In this document: positions 29,115 to 37,027 of the stretch, piece by piece
Position numbering within the stretch: position 1 is the stretch's first letter
How the letters are laid out: every line of letters begins with the position of its first letter
Virus record (IMG/VR): IMGVR_UViG_3300020716_000012
Location: 1-46,844 of that record
Source of the DNA: a virus
Lineage: Duplodnaviria > Caudoviricetes
Reading direction: 5' to 3' (one strand)
Length of the DNA: 46,844 bases
Position numbers and translations under genes: made by a program
The notes under the pieces: generated by a model
The model's input: only the letters and a program-made list of their open reading frames with translations
Databases searched by the model: none
What the model was told of the DNA's origin: nothing

Positions 29115-30039
29115 TGACTGTTTGTTTTACTGGTTCAGTATGATTGTGATGGTGTTTATATCTTTCTTCAAACTTATCTATAGAAGTTGATAGTTCTACA
29201 CAAAGTTCATATATTGTTAATAACAATGCTATATGACCTATAAATTCTATTACAATAGCAACAAAAGGGATTGTAAAGAATTCGATAACCTTAGCAATTC
29301 CCATTGTGATTATACCTTCTACACCATGCTCAAGATATAATCCAACGATCGAGGCGATAACAGGTAATACAAATTCTGGACCCCCTAGTTTATTAGTTAC
29401 ATAGGAAAGGCCTTGTATTAATTTACCTGTTCCCTTAGTTGACAACTCATGAATATCAGTTAACCAAAGAAATGGTGGTTTTTCAGTAATAGTTAATACA
29501 ACTTTATCAACAACATCAACATTCAATTTTTCATTAATCAAAGATTCTGTAACTTTCTTACTCAAGAAATGGTTACGTAATGAATGTATAATTTTACTAA
29601 TAAATGGTGCAAAAAAGTCATCAGTATAAAAATTGAAAACATTTTTACAAGTTCTCAAATCATTTAAAAAAGCTACTCTATCCGCACTAATTTTTTCCTT
29701 TATTATCTTTTCTAACTTTGGGTTTTTAAATACCTTTTCCTTCAAATGAGTCCTTGCTGCACTAAAATAATTTACCAAATGAGTACTAAGTTGACTTTTA
29801 ATTTTGGATAAGAAATCAGTAATATTCTTAGATATACTAATAATCCTATCTAAAACTTTTTTACCCCTAGATTGAATGGAGTCTAAAAAGCTCTCATTTA
29901 TTTGGTACTCTGTTAAATCACTTAATGATAAGTATTCCTTATCTTCTAATGGTAATGCTATATACAAAGCCTCCATTAACTTATTTTCAAAATCGTCGCC
30001 CTCATTAAGGTATTCGCTAAAGTATTTGATCCTTTCCAT
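29053..30039 (-). CDS. putative virion-packaged membrane protein
   Basis: MERIKYFSEYLNE; internal INES and LINEK; C-terminal hydrophobic helices; AATATATA at 30060-30067. Confidence 0.7.
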   Translation of the reverse strand: MERIKYFSEYLNEGDDFENKLMEALYIALPLEDKEYLSLSDLTEYQINESFLDSIQSRGKKVLDRIISISKNITDFLSKIKSQLSTHLVNYFSAARTHLKEKVFKNPKLEKIIKEKISADRVAFLNDLRTCKNVFNFYTDDFFAPFISKIIHSLRNHFLSKKVTESLINEKLNVDVVDKVVLTITEKPPFLWLTDIHELSTKGTGKLIQGLSYVTNKLGGPEFVLPVIASIVGLYLEHGVEGIITMGIAKVIEFFTIPFVAIVIEFIGHIALLLTIYELCVELSTSIDKFEERYKHHHNHTEPVKQTVNVDQAGPETVEKDIQSGLPQ

Positions 30040-30077
30040 TTGATTAATATCCTTTTCCTTATATATTCAAATGGCAA

Positions 30078-30362
30078 TTACTTAATTCTTTCAAAAACCG
30101 GAAGTTCCTCGAGTCTTTTTACTAATTGATAATAATCCCAATAAATTCGATGTTTAGCTCCGGGGTTCCACAAATTAACTACCCACCCATCTCCCCCGCC
30201 AGAAGAACCAACCTGGAGATAAAATCCATTACTACCTTCGTATAGATCCGTATCGGGATCAATACGATTAAACCCCTCTTTTATAAGAAGATGATATAAT
30301 CTTTCAAACTTGTCCTTGCCATTTTCGGACATCGGACATTTAAAACTTTTGGGGCTAAACAT
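30078..30362 (-). CDS. FERIK-family paralog 3
   Basis: Ends LVKRLEELPVFERIK; ATG at 30362 follows TAAT. Confidence 0.7.
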   Translation of the reverse strand: MFSPKSFKCPMSENGKDKFERLYHLLIKEGFNRIDPDTDLYEGSNGFYLQVGSSGGGDGWVVNLWNPGAKHRIYWDYYQLVKRLEELPVFERIK

Positions 30363-30363
30363 A

Positions 30364-30633
30364 TTACTTAATCCTTTCAAATTCTGGTTCTTCTTCTAGT
30401 TTTCTTATCAAATCTATGCGTTTGAAATAATTTATGCCATCACTTGGCTTATCTTTTTTCCAGAAATAAACACTATACCTGTTCCGATAACTGAAAATAC
30501 TTGAATTCACGGGGGTATTTTCTAATACCTTTGCATAGTATTCAGTAATCGGATTATAGTAAACTTTATTCTTTAAAGGAACATAAGTAAACCCATATTC
30601 CTTTAATATTATTCCTGGTTCTTCTGATTGCAT
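30364..30633 (-). CDS. FERIK-family paralog 2
   Basis: Ends LIRKLEEEPEFERIK. Confidence 0.7.
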   Translation of the reverse strand: MQSEEPGIILKEYGFTYVPLKNKVYYNPITEYYAKVLENTPVNSSIFSYRNRYSVYFWKKDKPSDGINYFKRIDLIRKLEEEPEFERIK

Positions 30634-30634
30634 A

Positions 30635-30886
30635 TTACTTAATTCTTTCGAATGGAGGCCACATTTCTAATCTTTTTAGAAGATCTTCATAACGATAATA
30701 ACTTATACCATTATATTCACCTTTTGTCCAAATATAAACACTCCATTTTTGTTCCTGAATTGGAATTTTTGGTACTCCAATAATTGCGAAATGACCACTG
30801 TTAAAATTTACGAATGTATATGGGTTCTCTATACTGTGATACCATCCATATTTCTTAAAGATTTGCTCAATCTCCCATTTTCTCAT
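30635..30886 (-). CDS. FERIK-family paralog 1
   Basis: Ends LLKRLEMWPPFERIK; ATG at 30886 right after the ligase stop. Confidence 0.7.
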   Translation of the reverse strand: MRKWEIEQIFKKYGWYHSIENPYTFVNFNSGHFAIIGVPKIPIQEQKWSVYIWTKGEYNGISYYRYEDLLKRLEMWPPFERIK

Positions 30887-30887
30887 T

Positions 30888-31535
30888 TCACTCACCATCG
30901 AAATACAATTTAGCCCGTTTCCAATTTCGGGTCCAATGCTCATCAGTTTGAACATGTCCTTCTCTTACCCATTTTAACACACATTCACCAAAATCAGTAT
31001 CCGGAAAACCTGCTTCTGTTCTAAATACCACACCTTCTCTTTTTCCTCCTAATGCAGATGGTTCCTTAGCTAATTTTTCTACCAATTCCTTTAATTCTTT
31101 CTCAGTATTAACTACTCCTCTAAATAAAACGGGAACAGTTATTAAATCGAATAAGAAAGCGTATTCTTCCACTTCTGGCCAGGAAAGCCAATTCATTTCT
31201 TCCCTAATCCCAAACATATAGAAGTAAGACCGTAATCTTTCATATTCAATACTATGAATACCCTCCATGTTTTCTCCAAAAATATGAACACCCTCTGGAA
31301 TTTGATGTCCTATCCTCGCATGTAAATCCCTTACTGCCCGAGACCAAGGAGATATGGTAAATGCTGCATGACTACGAGCATACACACCCAAAGTCATTTC
31401 ATCCGTATTCTCACCATCCAATTTCTCTGTACCAATTATCGGTACACCAATTAATCTACTCACAGAAGGAGCTATCCTGTCATCACTAGTAGCGCCAGGG
31501 GAAAATGGAAAATGATATGTTCTATTATATTTCAT
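30888..31535 (-). CDS. ATP-dependent RNA ligase (nucleotidyltransferase domain)
   Basis: TEKLDGEN (motif I), FGEN, FYMFGI, EGVVFR, KWVR. Confidence 0.85.
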   Translation of the reverse strand: MKYNRTYHFPFSPGATSDDRIAPSVSRLIGVPIIGTEKLDGENTDEMTLGVYARSHAAFTISPWSRAVRDLHARIGHQIPEGVHIFGENMEGIHSIEYERLRSYFYMFGIREEMNWLSWPEVEEYAFLFDLITVPVLFRGVVNTEKELKELVEKLAKEPSALGGKREGVVFRTEAGFPDTDFGECVLKWVREGHVQTDEHWTRNWKRAKLYFDGE

Positions 31536-31543
31536 ACACAAAG

Positions 31544-31580
31544 CAAATATAATAAAAAGTTTCTGTATTAAAAAATATAT
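31544..31580 (-). promoter_or_regulatory. early-type promoter copy 6 (core only)
   Basis: TATATTTG at 31544-31551 with upstream T-tract. Confidence 0.55.
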
Positions 31581-31635
31581 TTTTGATATATATGAAACAT
31601 TCTATATTTTTTCCTGTATAAGAAAAAAAATAATC

Positions 31636-32043
31636 ATGTATCCATCACAAAAATTAGAACCATATTACCTTAATCAATTTGAGATGAACTTCTGTGACGG
31701 TGGTATTACTTATATTGGTTTAACTGAGTATGTAATATCCTATAAAATAGAAGATCGAATTCTTTGGGTTGATATGGAAGTTAGCCAAGGAAAATTTATA
31801 GAAAACTTTGAGTGTCTAAAGGCATCCAAAGAAATTAGAATAAGGCATTTTGACAAAAGTGGAAATGTTTACTTCCAATTAGAAGGAGAAACCGAGTTTA
31901 TTAGTACTACCGGATTTGCCGGCGATTATGAAGGAGAAGGATGTATGAGAATCAAGGTTTCTTACGTATTTAAAAACTTAGATATTACGGAGGATGGAAG
32001 ATATGGAAGTATTGGACACCCCGAAACAATAAAATTATTTTAA
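31636..32043 (+). CDS. hypothetical protein, possibly gp19 tail-tube-like fold
   Basis: KEIRIRHFDKSGNVYFQLE..GDYE..MRIKVSYVF resembles the C-terminal half of T4-type tube proteins; GATATATA at 31585. Confidence 0.45.
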   Translation: MYPSQKLEPYYLNQFEMNFCDGGITYIGLTEYVISYKIEDRILWVDMEVSQGKFIENFECLKASKEIRIRHFDKSGNVYFQLEGETEFISTTGFAGDYEGEGCMRIKVSYVFKNLDITEDGRYGSIGHPETIKLF

Positions 32044-32044
32044 T

Positions 32045-33139
32045 ATGATCCACAGTACCAAAATAATAGACTTTATCAAAAACGATTTAGGTAATGATAC
32101 AAGTCTATTTAACGAAACACCTTTTTATCAAAATGACATCGAACTAAAGAAAGGTAATCTACTATTTGATCTAACGGTGGAAGAATTAGAATCTATTGCA
32201 AAAGTAAAGGAAGATATTATTCATCTTGCCAATTCCTTTTGTAAAGTGAACACTTATGAAGGAATTAAACAAATCCAACTACACAAGTATCAGGAAGAAT
32301 ATTTAACAGCCCAAAAGAAATATAGGTTTATTGTTACAATGGCAGCTAGGCAAACGGGTAAAACCATTATGGAAGCTATCTATTGTATGAGTAAAATTTT
32401 AGAAGGAAAAAAGATATTATTAGTTAATAATAATAGGGATAGTGGAGTAGAGGTTCTTGACAAAATTAAAACTATTTATAGAAACTTACCATTCTATATG
32501 AAGCCTGGAGTTCAGGCTTGGAATCAAACCTCTGTTGTATTTGATAATGGGGCTAGGGTAATAGCAAAAGGATCATCAAAAGGACCTGCATTAGGTTATA
32601 CTTTTGATCTTGTCTATATTGATGAAGCTGCTCATATACCATATAATAGTTTTAATGATGTCTATATGATGGCATTTGGACAAATGTTAGCAAGTAGTGA
32701 TGGACAATTAATAGTACAATCTACACCAAATGGACGTAATAAGTTCTGGGAAATTTATAATGATGCTATAAATGGAAAAAATGTATTCTATCCACATAGA
32801 ATAGACTGGTGGTTAGTCCCGGGGAGAGATGAAGCGTGGAAAAAGGCAGAAACGATGAATCTTGGATCACAAGAATTATTTGATAGGGAATACGGCCTTT
32901 CTTTTGGTAATGCTCCAGAGGAAAAAAAGGAGGAGCCAGAAAAGAAAGAAGATAATCCAGCAAAGACAACAACAGGAAATACGCTAGAGCTAATAACAGA
33001 AAGGCTTGCTCGTGTCGAAAAAATGTTAGAGATCCAGACTGGAGAAGGCGCCCCGTTTTTTAACAGAGAATTTATACTCACTAAGTTTATGGGATTAACC
33101 CCGGACGATATACAGAAATTGGGATTATCACCGCTTTAA
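32045..33139 (+). CDS. T4 gp17-like terminase large-subunit ATPase domain lacking the nuclease domain
   Basis: LHKYQ, ARQTGKT, YIDEAAHI, QSTPNG, WWLVPGRDEAW..FDREY; then a linker and short tail with no RNase H-like domain. Confidence 0.85.
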   Translation: MIHSTKIIDFIKNDLGNDTSLFNETPFYQNDIELKKGNLLFDLTVEELESIAKVKEDIIHLANSFCKVNTYEGIKQIQLHKYQEEYLTAQKKYRFIVTMAARQTGKTIMEAIYCMSKILEGKKILLVNNNRDSGVEVLDKIKTIYRNLPFYMKPGVQAWNQTSVVFDNGARVIAKGSSKGPALGYTFDLVYIDEAAHIPYNSFNDVYMMAFGQMLASSDGQLIVQSTPNGRNKFWEIYNDAINGKNVFYPHRIDWWLVPGRDEAWKKAETMNLGSQELFDREYGLSFGNAPEEKKEEPEKKEDNPAKTTTGNTLELITERLARVEKMLEIQTGEGAPFFNREFILTKFMGLTPDDIQKLGLSPL

Positions 33140-34048
33140 GTTTATAAAATCACTATATTTAGGAATTTTAGATTCTTTTACAGAATTGAAAGGATCCTTG
33201 AAATTAATTTCACCAGATGCTAAGGTCTTTTCCCAGTTGGGGGCATATTCCGTTTGTGGCATTAGTCCTCTATCTGGGGATCCTTTGGCAGGCTGGGATA
33301 TTTTTTGCATTGTGTGAATATTTTTCCAGAAATACCTAGCTGCTGTTTGATTAGCCATATTATGTTCTTCGTGTGGAAGAATTTTTTTAAATTCTACTAA
33401 TTTGTCATAGGTTAATTTACAAATATGTTTTTTTACATATTTGTAAATATCATACTTTCTACAATCGTACATATTTTTTCCCTCAACATGTTCGACAGGA
33501 ACAGACCCAACTTCGGCAGCTATTGCCATTTGGACGGTTTTTAATGCTTCTATCGGACTTATATCAAAATTTATATTTACACAAGACATATTAGCTTGGG
33601 GATTCATAGCATAAATTTGAGACCATCTATGGTGTCCATCAATAATATATTTGGAATTTAAAGTTACTATTGGACCCCTCACTTCAACAGATTTACCATC
33701 TAAAATCATATCTATTTGATCCGGATACTGTGCGGTTAATTGTACTTTTAAGGATTTATCTAGATCTATTTCTCTTTGGGTTGGTCTTAAATCACTCACT
33801 TTTATAATCTCCTTAGTAAATTTCATTTTCTCATCGTCTGGCTTACCATCTTTTAATCCAGCCTTTAACAAATGATCTATACGAGGATTCTTAACGTCAT
33901 TACTCAAGACGTTAATAAAATCCTTATAATCCAAATTAATTATATCCTTATAGACCTCTGCCGGTGAATCTTTTGGAGTATCGCCAGCAGGTAAGATAGG
34001 AACGTTAGTATCTTCTAATAATTTAGTATATTCTAGATAACTCTTCAT
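33128..34048 (-). CDS. ParB/sulfiredoxin-fold protein with capsid-targeting-like N-terminus
   Basis: LRPTQ, YIIDGHHRW; MKSYLEYTKLLE; GATATATA at 34053-34060. Confidence 0.75.
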   Translation of the reverse strand: MKSYLEYTKLLEDTNVPILPAGDTPKDSPAEVYKDIINLDYKDFINVLSNDVKNPRIDHLLKAGLKDGKPDDEKMKFTKEIIKVSDLRPTQREIDLDKSLKVQLTAQYPDQIDMILDGKSVEVRGPIVTLNSKYIIDGHHRWSQIYAMNPQANMSCVNINFDISPIEALKTVQMAIAAEVGSVPVEHVEGKNMYDCRKYDIYKYVKKHICKLTYDKLVEFKKILPHEEHNMANQTAARYFWKNIHTMQKISQPAKGSPDRGLMPQTEYAPNWEKTLASGEINFKDPFNSVKESKIPKYSDFINLKR

Positions 34049-34065
34049 CCATTATATATCAACCG

Positions 34066-34506
34066 TTACGGTTTCAATATCTGGATAATTGCTTCTACCC
34101 CTTCATCTAAATTTGGAGCGATAATATTACCAAATTCTAGCATACCATGTGAATGGATATTATCCTTTTCCATTACTAAAACGACTGGAATTTGGTATGC
34201 CCTACCCCATGCTATTTCCATAACTGTACCAATTGATACCCTTTTGGCACCTAATAAATTCACCAAAATGGCATCTGCAGTCTTACAATCATTAAAATCG
34301 CGGACATTGATACCAGTAATAGAGCTCATAGTGTAATCACTATAGGAATCCTGTATCATATCTTCCTTACTTAGATAATTCTTACCCCTCATTGGAGAGT
34401 ATCCATGAAGACCGTGGTCCTTTAAATGTTCTACAACTCCTTCTCTCCAATTGTTAACGGTTCCATAATCATAGCCCGTAATTGGACCTGCTAAATAAAC
34501 TTTCAT
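34066..34506 (-). CDS. nucleoside 2-deoxyribosyltransferase/N-glycosidase-like protein
   Basis: MKVYLAGPI..RDFND..ADAILVNL..SIGTVMEIAW. Confidence 0.8.
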   Translation of the reverse strand: MKVYLAGPITGYDYGTVNNWREGVVEHLKDHGLHGYSPMRGKNYLSKEDMIQDSYSDYTMSSITGINVRDFNDCKTADAILVNLLGAKRVSIGTVMEIAWGRAYQIPVVLVMEKDNIHSHGMLEFGNIIAPNLDEGVEAIIQILKP

Positions 34507-34516
34507 ATGTTTTGGT

Positions 34517-34864
34517 TTAATTAATTATTTTAATACGATTTGCTAAATAAACATAAGACTTACTCTTTTCTTTTCTTCTAAGCCCTTCTGCGTGACATTC
34601 GACAATTACCCGATCCGTTCTTTTAAATCTCTTCAGATATTCTTCTGCATTTTCTTTACCTTCTATAATATGAATTCCAGAGGTGTATTTAGTTCCATGT
34701 CCATCCATGACATTTTCTCTAATTTCACCTTCTATCCAAGTATCAATAGGTAGTTTTCTTGTTCCCCCAATCCCGTGGAATAATGTATATAGGTTGGAGT
34801 TCTTTTTTTCTACTATCTTATAGTAGACTGGAGGATTTACATTCCTCCGGTTTTCGAGTTGCAT
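34517..34864 (-). CDS. hypothetical protein
   Basis: 115 aa ORF; YTLFHG..YTSGIH. Confidence 0.7.
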   Translation of the reverse strand: MQLENRRNVNPPVYYKIVEKKNSNLYTLFHGIGGTRKLPIDTWIEGEIRENVMDGHGTKYTSGIHIIEGKENAEEYLKRFKRTDRVIVECHAEGLRRKEKSKSYVYLANRIKIIN

Positions 34865-35040
34865 ATAGCTGCGTGTTTGAATTTATAAATACGATACCTT
34901 CCTGTGTAATATTCTGCCCTATCTTTGGTCATAATAGCTCCATGTACTGATTCGTCACTATTAATATACCAAAAATTGGAACCTTCATAGAGGGGTTTAC
35001 CATCTAATGTCATTGCGAGTACTTCCTTATTACTTTCCAT
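34837..35040 (-). CDS. hypothetical protein
   Basis: 67 aa ORF. Confidence 0.55.
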   Translation of the reverse strand: MESNKEVLAMTLDGKPLYEGSNFWYINSDESVHGAIMTKDRAEYYTGRYRIYKFKHAAICNSKTGGM

Positions 35041-35092
35041 TTCTTAGTTTTACTATTTTAAACTTCAAAGACGTAATCGAATGAAATTTAAT

Positions 35093-35116
35093 TTGGTCGA
35101 AGCATACGCCGACCAA
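35093..35116. terminator. hairpin downstream of the WYL gene, weak terminator candidate
   Basis: ttggtcg..cgaccaa stem; poor U-tract. Confidence 0.35.
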
Positions 35117-35117
35117 C

Positions 35118-35345
35118 CTATATTATTGGACTTAGTTCCGAATCATTGTTCCACATCATAACATCCTTCATTGCAAAATTCCTTTCTTCTCCTTTTTCTA
35201 TATCAATTGCATGAAGGAACCATTGTAATTCCTGGTGGAATTCTGTTCCACCATACCATATTTTAATAGGATGTACTCTTCTATGTCCAATAACTCCTTT
35301 CCAATTCTTATAGGTTATGTAAACTGGATTTCCTAATAATTCCAT
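35118..35345 (-). CDS. stand-alone WYL-domain protein
   Basis: ITYKNWKG..RRVHPIKI..WFLHAIDIEKGEERNFAMKDV. Confidence 0.8.
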   Translation of the reverse strand: MELLGNPVYITYKNWKGVIGHRRVHPIKIWYGGTEFHQELQWFLHAIDIEKGEERNFAMKDVMMWNNDSELSPII

Positions 35346-35363
35346 TTAAGTTATATTTAAAAA

Positions 35364-35549
35364 TTATTGAATAATGTCATCCGTGAACTTTTGTAAATTT
35401 ATTTCTATTTTACTTAATGCGGCTTCGTGTTTTTTCTTCTCTTGGAGTAATCTGTGTAATTCTACCTTGTCGTGATGATTAAGACCATCTTCGTGTTCCA
35501 GGATATACTCTATTTCTTTCTGGATACGCTCTAACAAATTCCTTTCCAT
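35364..35549 (-). CDS. small coiled-coil protein
   Basis: 61 aa ORF; GATAAATA at 35582-35589 upstream. Confidence 0.55.
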   Translation of the reverse strand: MERNLLERIQKEIEYILEHEDGLNHHDKVELHRLLQEKKKHEAALSKIEINLQKFTDDIIQ

Positions 35550-35791
35550 TTTTGTTGTTATTTTGAATTTTTTGTATCCTATATTTATCTATAGGTCAAA
35601 GAGTTTTCCAGCCCTCGGGGATTAGTGCATTTAGTTAATTTTCCTCAAAATTTGATTAAAATAATCGCCTTGGAAGTGCATTTTGGTCGATTTTAAGCTT
35701 GAAATTTTAAATCCAAAATTATTTTTAATATAAATCATTAGGGGCAAGAAATAGGCTCAAATTTTTGAACTTTTTTAAATATCCCGTCATT

Positions 35792-36091
35792 TTATAGATC
35801 TACCTTTTTATAGTATTCGGCTTTGGGCTCTTTGACAACTATTTCAAGTAGATATTTGAGTTGGGACATTTCTGCGTAATCAATATATCCCTTAGCCAAA
35901 TCATAATCGGTATAGTTCATATCAAATCCATTCCCATCATCTACTAGCCAACATGCTTTTTGCCCGCGAACTTTATCCTCCCAAATAGGATTATTGGAGT
36001 AATGGAGTGTATGGATTTCTTTTCCATCTTTTTCCTCCTTGGTATAAGTGTATTCGTGATTTCCTTCCAGGAATAATTCTATCTGTTCCAT
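35792..36091 (-). CDS. hypothetical protein
   Basis: 99 aa ORF overlapping the tail of the upstream ORF. Confidence 0.65.
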   Translation of the reverse strand: MEQIELFLEGNHEYTYTKEEKDGKEIHTLHYSNNPIWEDKVRGQKACWLVDDGNGFDMNYTDYDLAKGYIDYAEMSQLKYLLEIVVKEPKAEYYKKVDL

Positions 36092-36728
36092 TTTTCTTTT
36101 TTATAAATCGAATGTTCTTTTTTCTTCTTGGTCTTCTAGGTGTTTGCCTATTTGAGTATTCATACTTTAATCCAGGATAGGTATAATCCAAATACATCAA
36201 TGACATTTTAGGTCCAGACATCGGTGTTACTGCAACCAAATCCATACCAATTGTTTTGGCTGCTACCCTGGCTGCTATTGGCATTATATTACCAACTCCT
36301 CCTTCTTCATCTTGGAGAATCTCTATAGTCTTTTTTACCTCTTCCTCAGACATATCTACCGGAAGATAGATTGTAGATTGATTACTTGCCCAAGTGAAAT
36401 GAGTCTTAAATTCTGTCCAAAGACCAGAAGAATCTGGAACAAAAAATCTATTTCTATAGACCGGCCATTTACTCTCTCCTTGGCTATCAAAAGAATCCCA
36501 ATTAGTTTTATAATAAGGTTCTTCTTTTTCTTTGGTATAGACTCTTTGAAAAATACCATCTCTCATAGAGCAATACGTAATTCTACCTGGAGCCTCTTCA
36601 TCTATTTGTCCTATGTAGAAAAGAGGATCTCCTTCAATGGGACACTTCAAACCAGTATCCCTTAATTCCTCTAAAGGAAATTCCTTAATTCTCCGCTTAA
36701 AATCCGCGATTGTTGCTGGATCATACAT
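35991..36728 (-). CDS. hypothetical protein containing a gp23 major-capsid-like peptide
   Basis: IMPIAARVAAKTIGMDLVAVTPMSGPKMSLMYLDYTY at 36177-36287. Confidence 0.65.
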   Translation of the reverse strand: MYDPATIADFKRRIKEFPLEELRDTGLKCPIEGDPLFYIGQIDEEAPGRITYCSMRDGIFQRVYTKEKEEPYYKTNWDSFDSQGESKWPVYRNRFFVPDSSGLWTEFKTHFTWASNQSTIYLPVDMSEEEVKKTIEILQDEEGGVGNIMPIAARVAAKTIGMDLVAVTPMSGPKMSLMYLDYTYPGLKYEYSNRQTPRRPRRKKNIRFIKKKNGTDRIIPGRKSRIHLYQGGKRWKRNPYTPLLQ

Positions 36729-36730
36729 AC

Positions 36731-37027
36731 CTATGCTAATTTGGCTTTTAGTTCCTCTAATTTACGGGTTGGAGGTTTGTGTTGTGGATAATAAATCAAA
36801 TATAGATATACTGCTCCAAATACTTTAATTCTCTCACAACCAAAAACAAACTGTTTAATAGTCTCTTTTGTAGTCGGAGCTCTATTACCAATAGAGTCTT
36901 TAAAATACCATTTTCCATTTTCCTCCTCGATTGATAGGACAGGTAAGGTATAGAGTTCTTCTGCATCCTTTGCAGGATCTTCGGTATAAGAGTTTATTAA
37001 TGATATACTATAATTATTTTGAACCAT
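36731..37027 (-). CDS. hypothetical protein
   Basis: 98 aa ORF. Confidence 0.6.
   Translation of the reverse strand: MVQNNYSISLINSYTEDPAKDAEELYTLPVLSIEEENGKWYFKDSIGNRAPTTKETIKQFVFGCERIKVFGAVYLYLIYYPQHKPPTRKLEELKAKLA

Noticed and set aside
32045-33139. Complete functional terminase large subunit
   Set aside because: Nuclease domain absent, and no downstream in-strand ORF or intron continuation; the next gene is convergent
35991-36728. Major capsid protein gene
   Set aside because: Only about 37 aa resemble gp23; the rest is unrelated and too short
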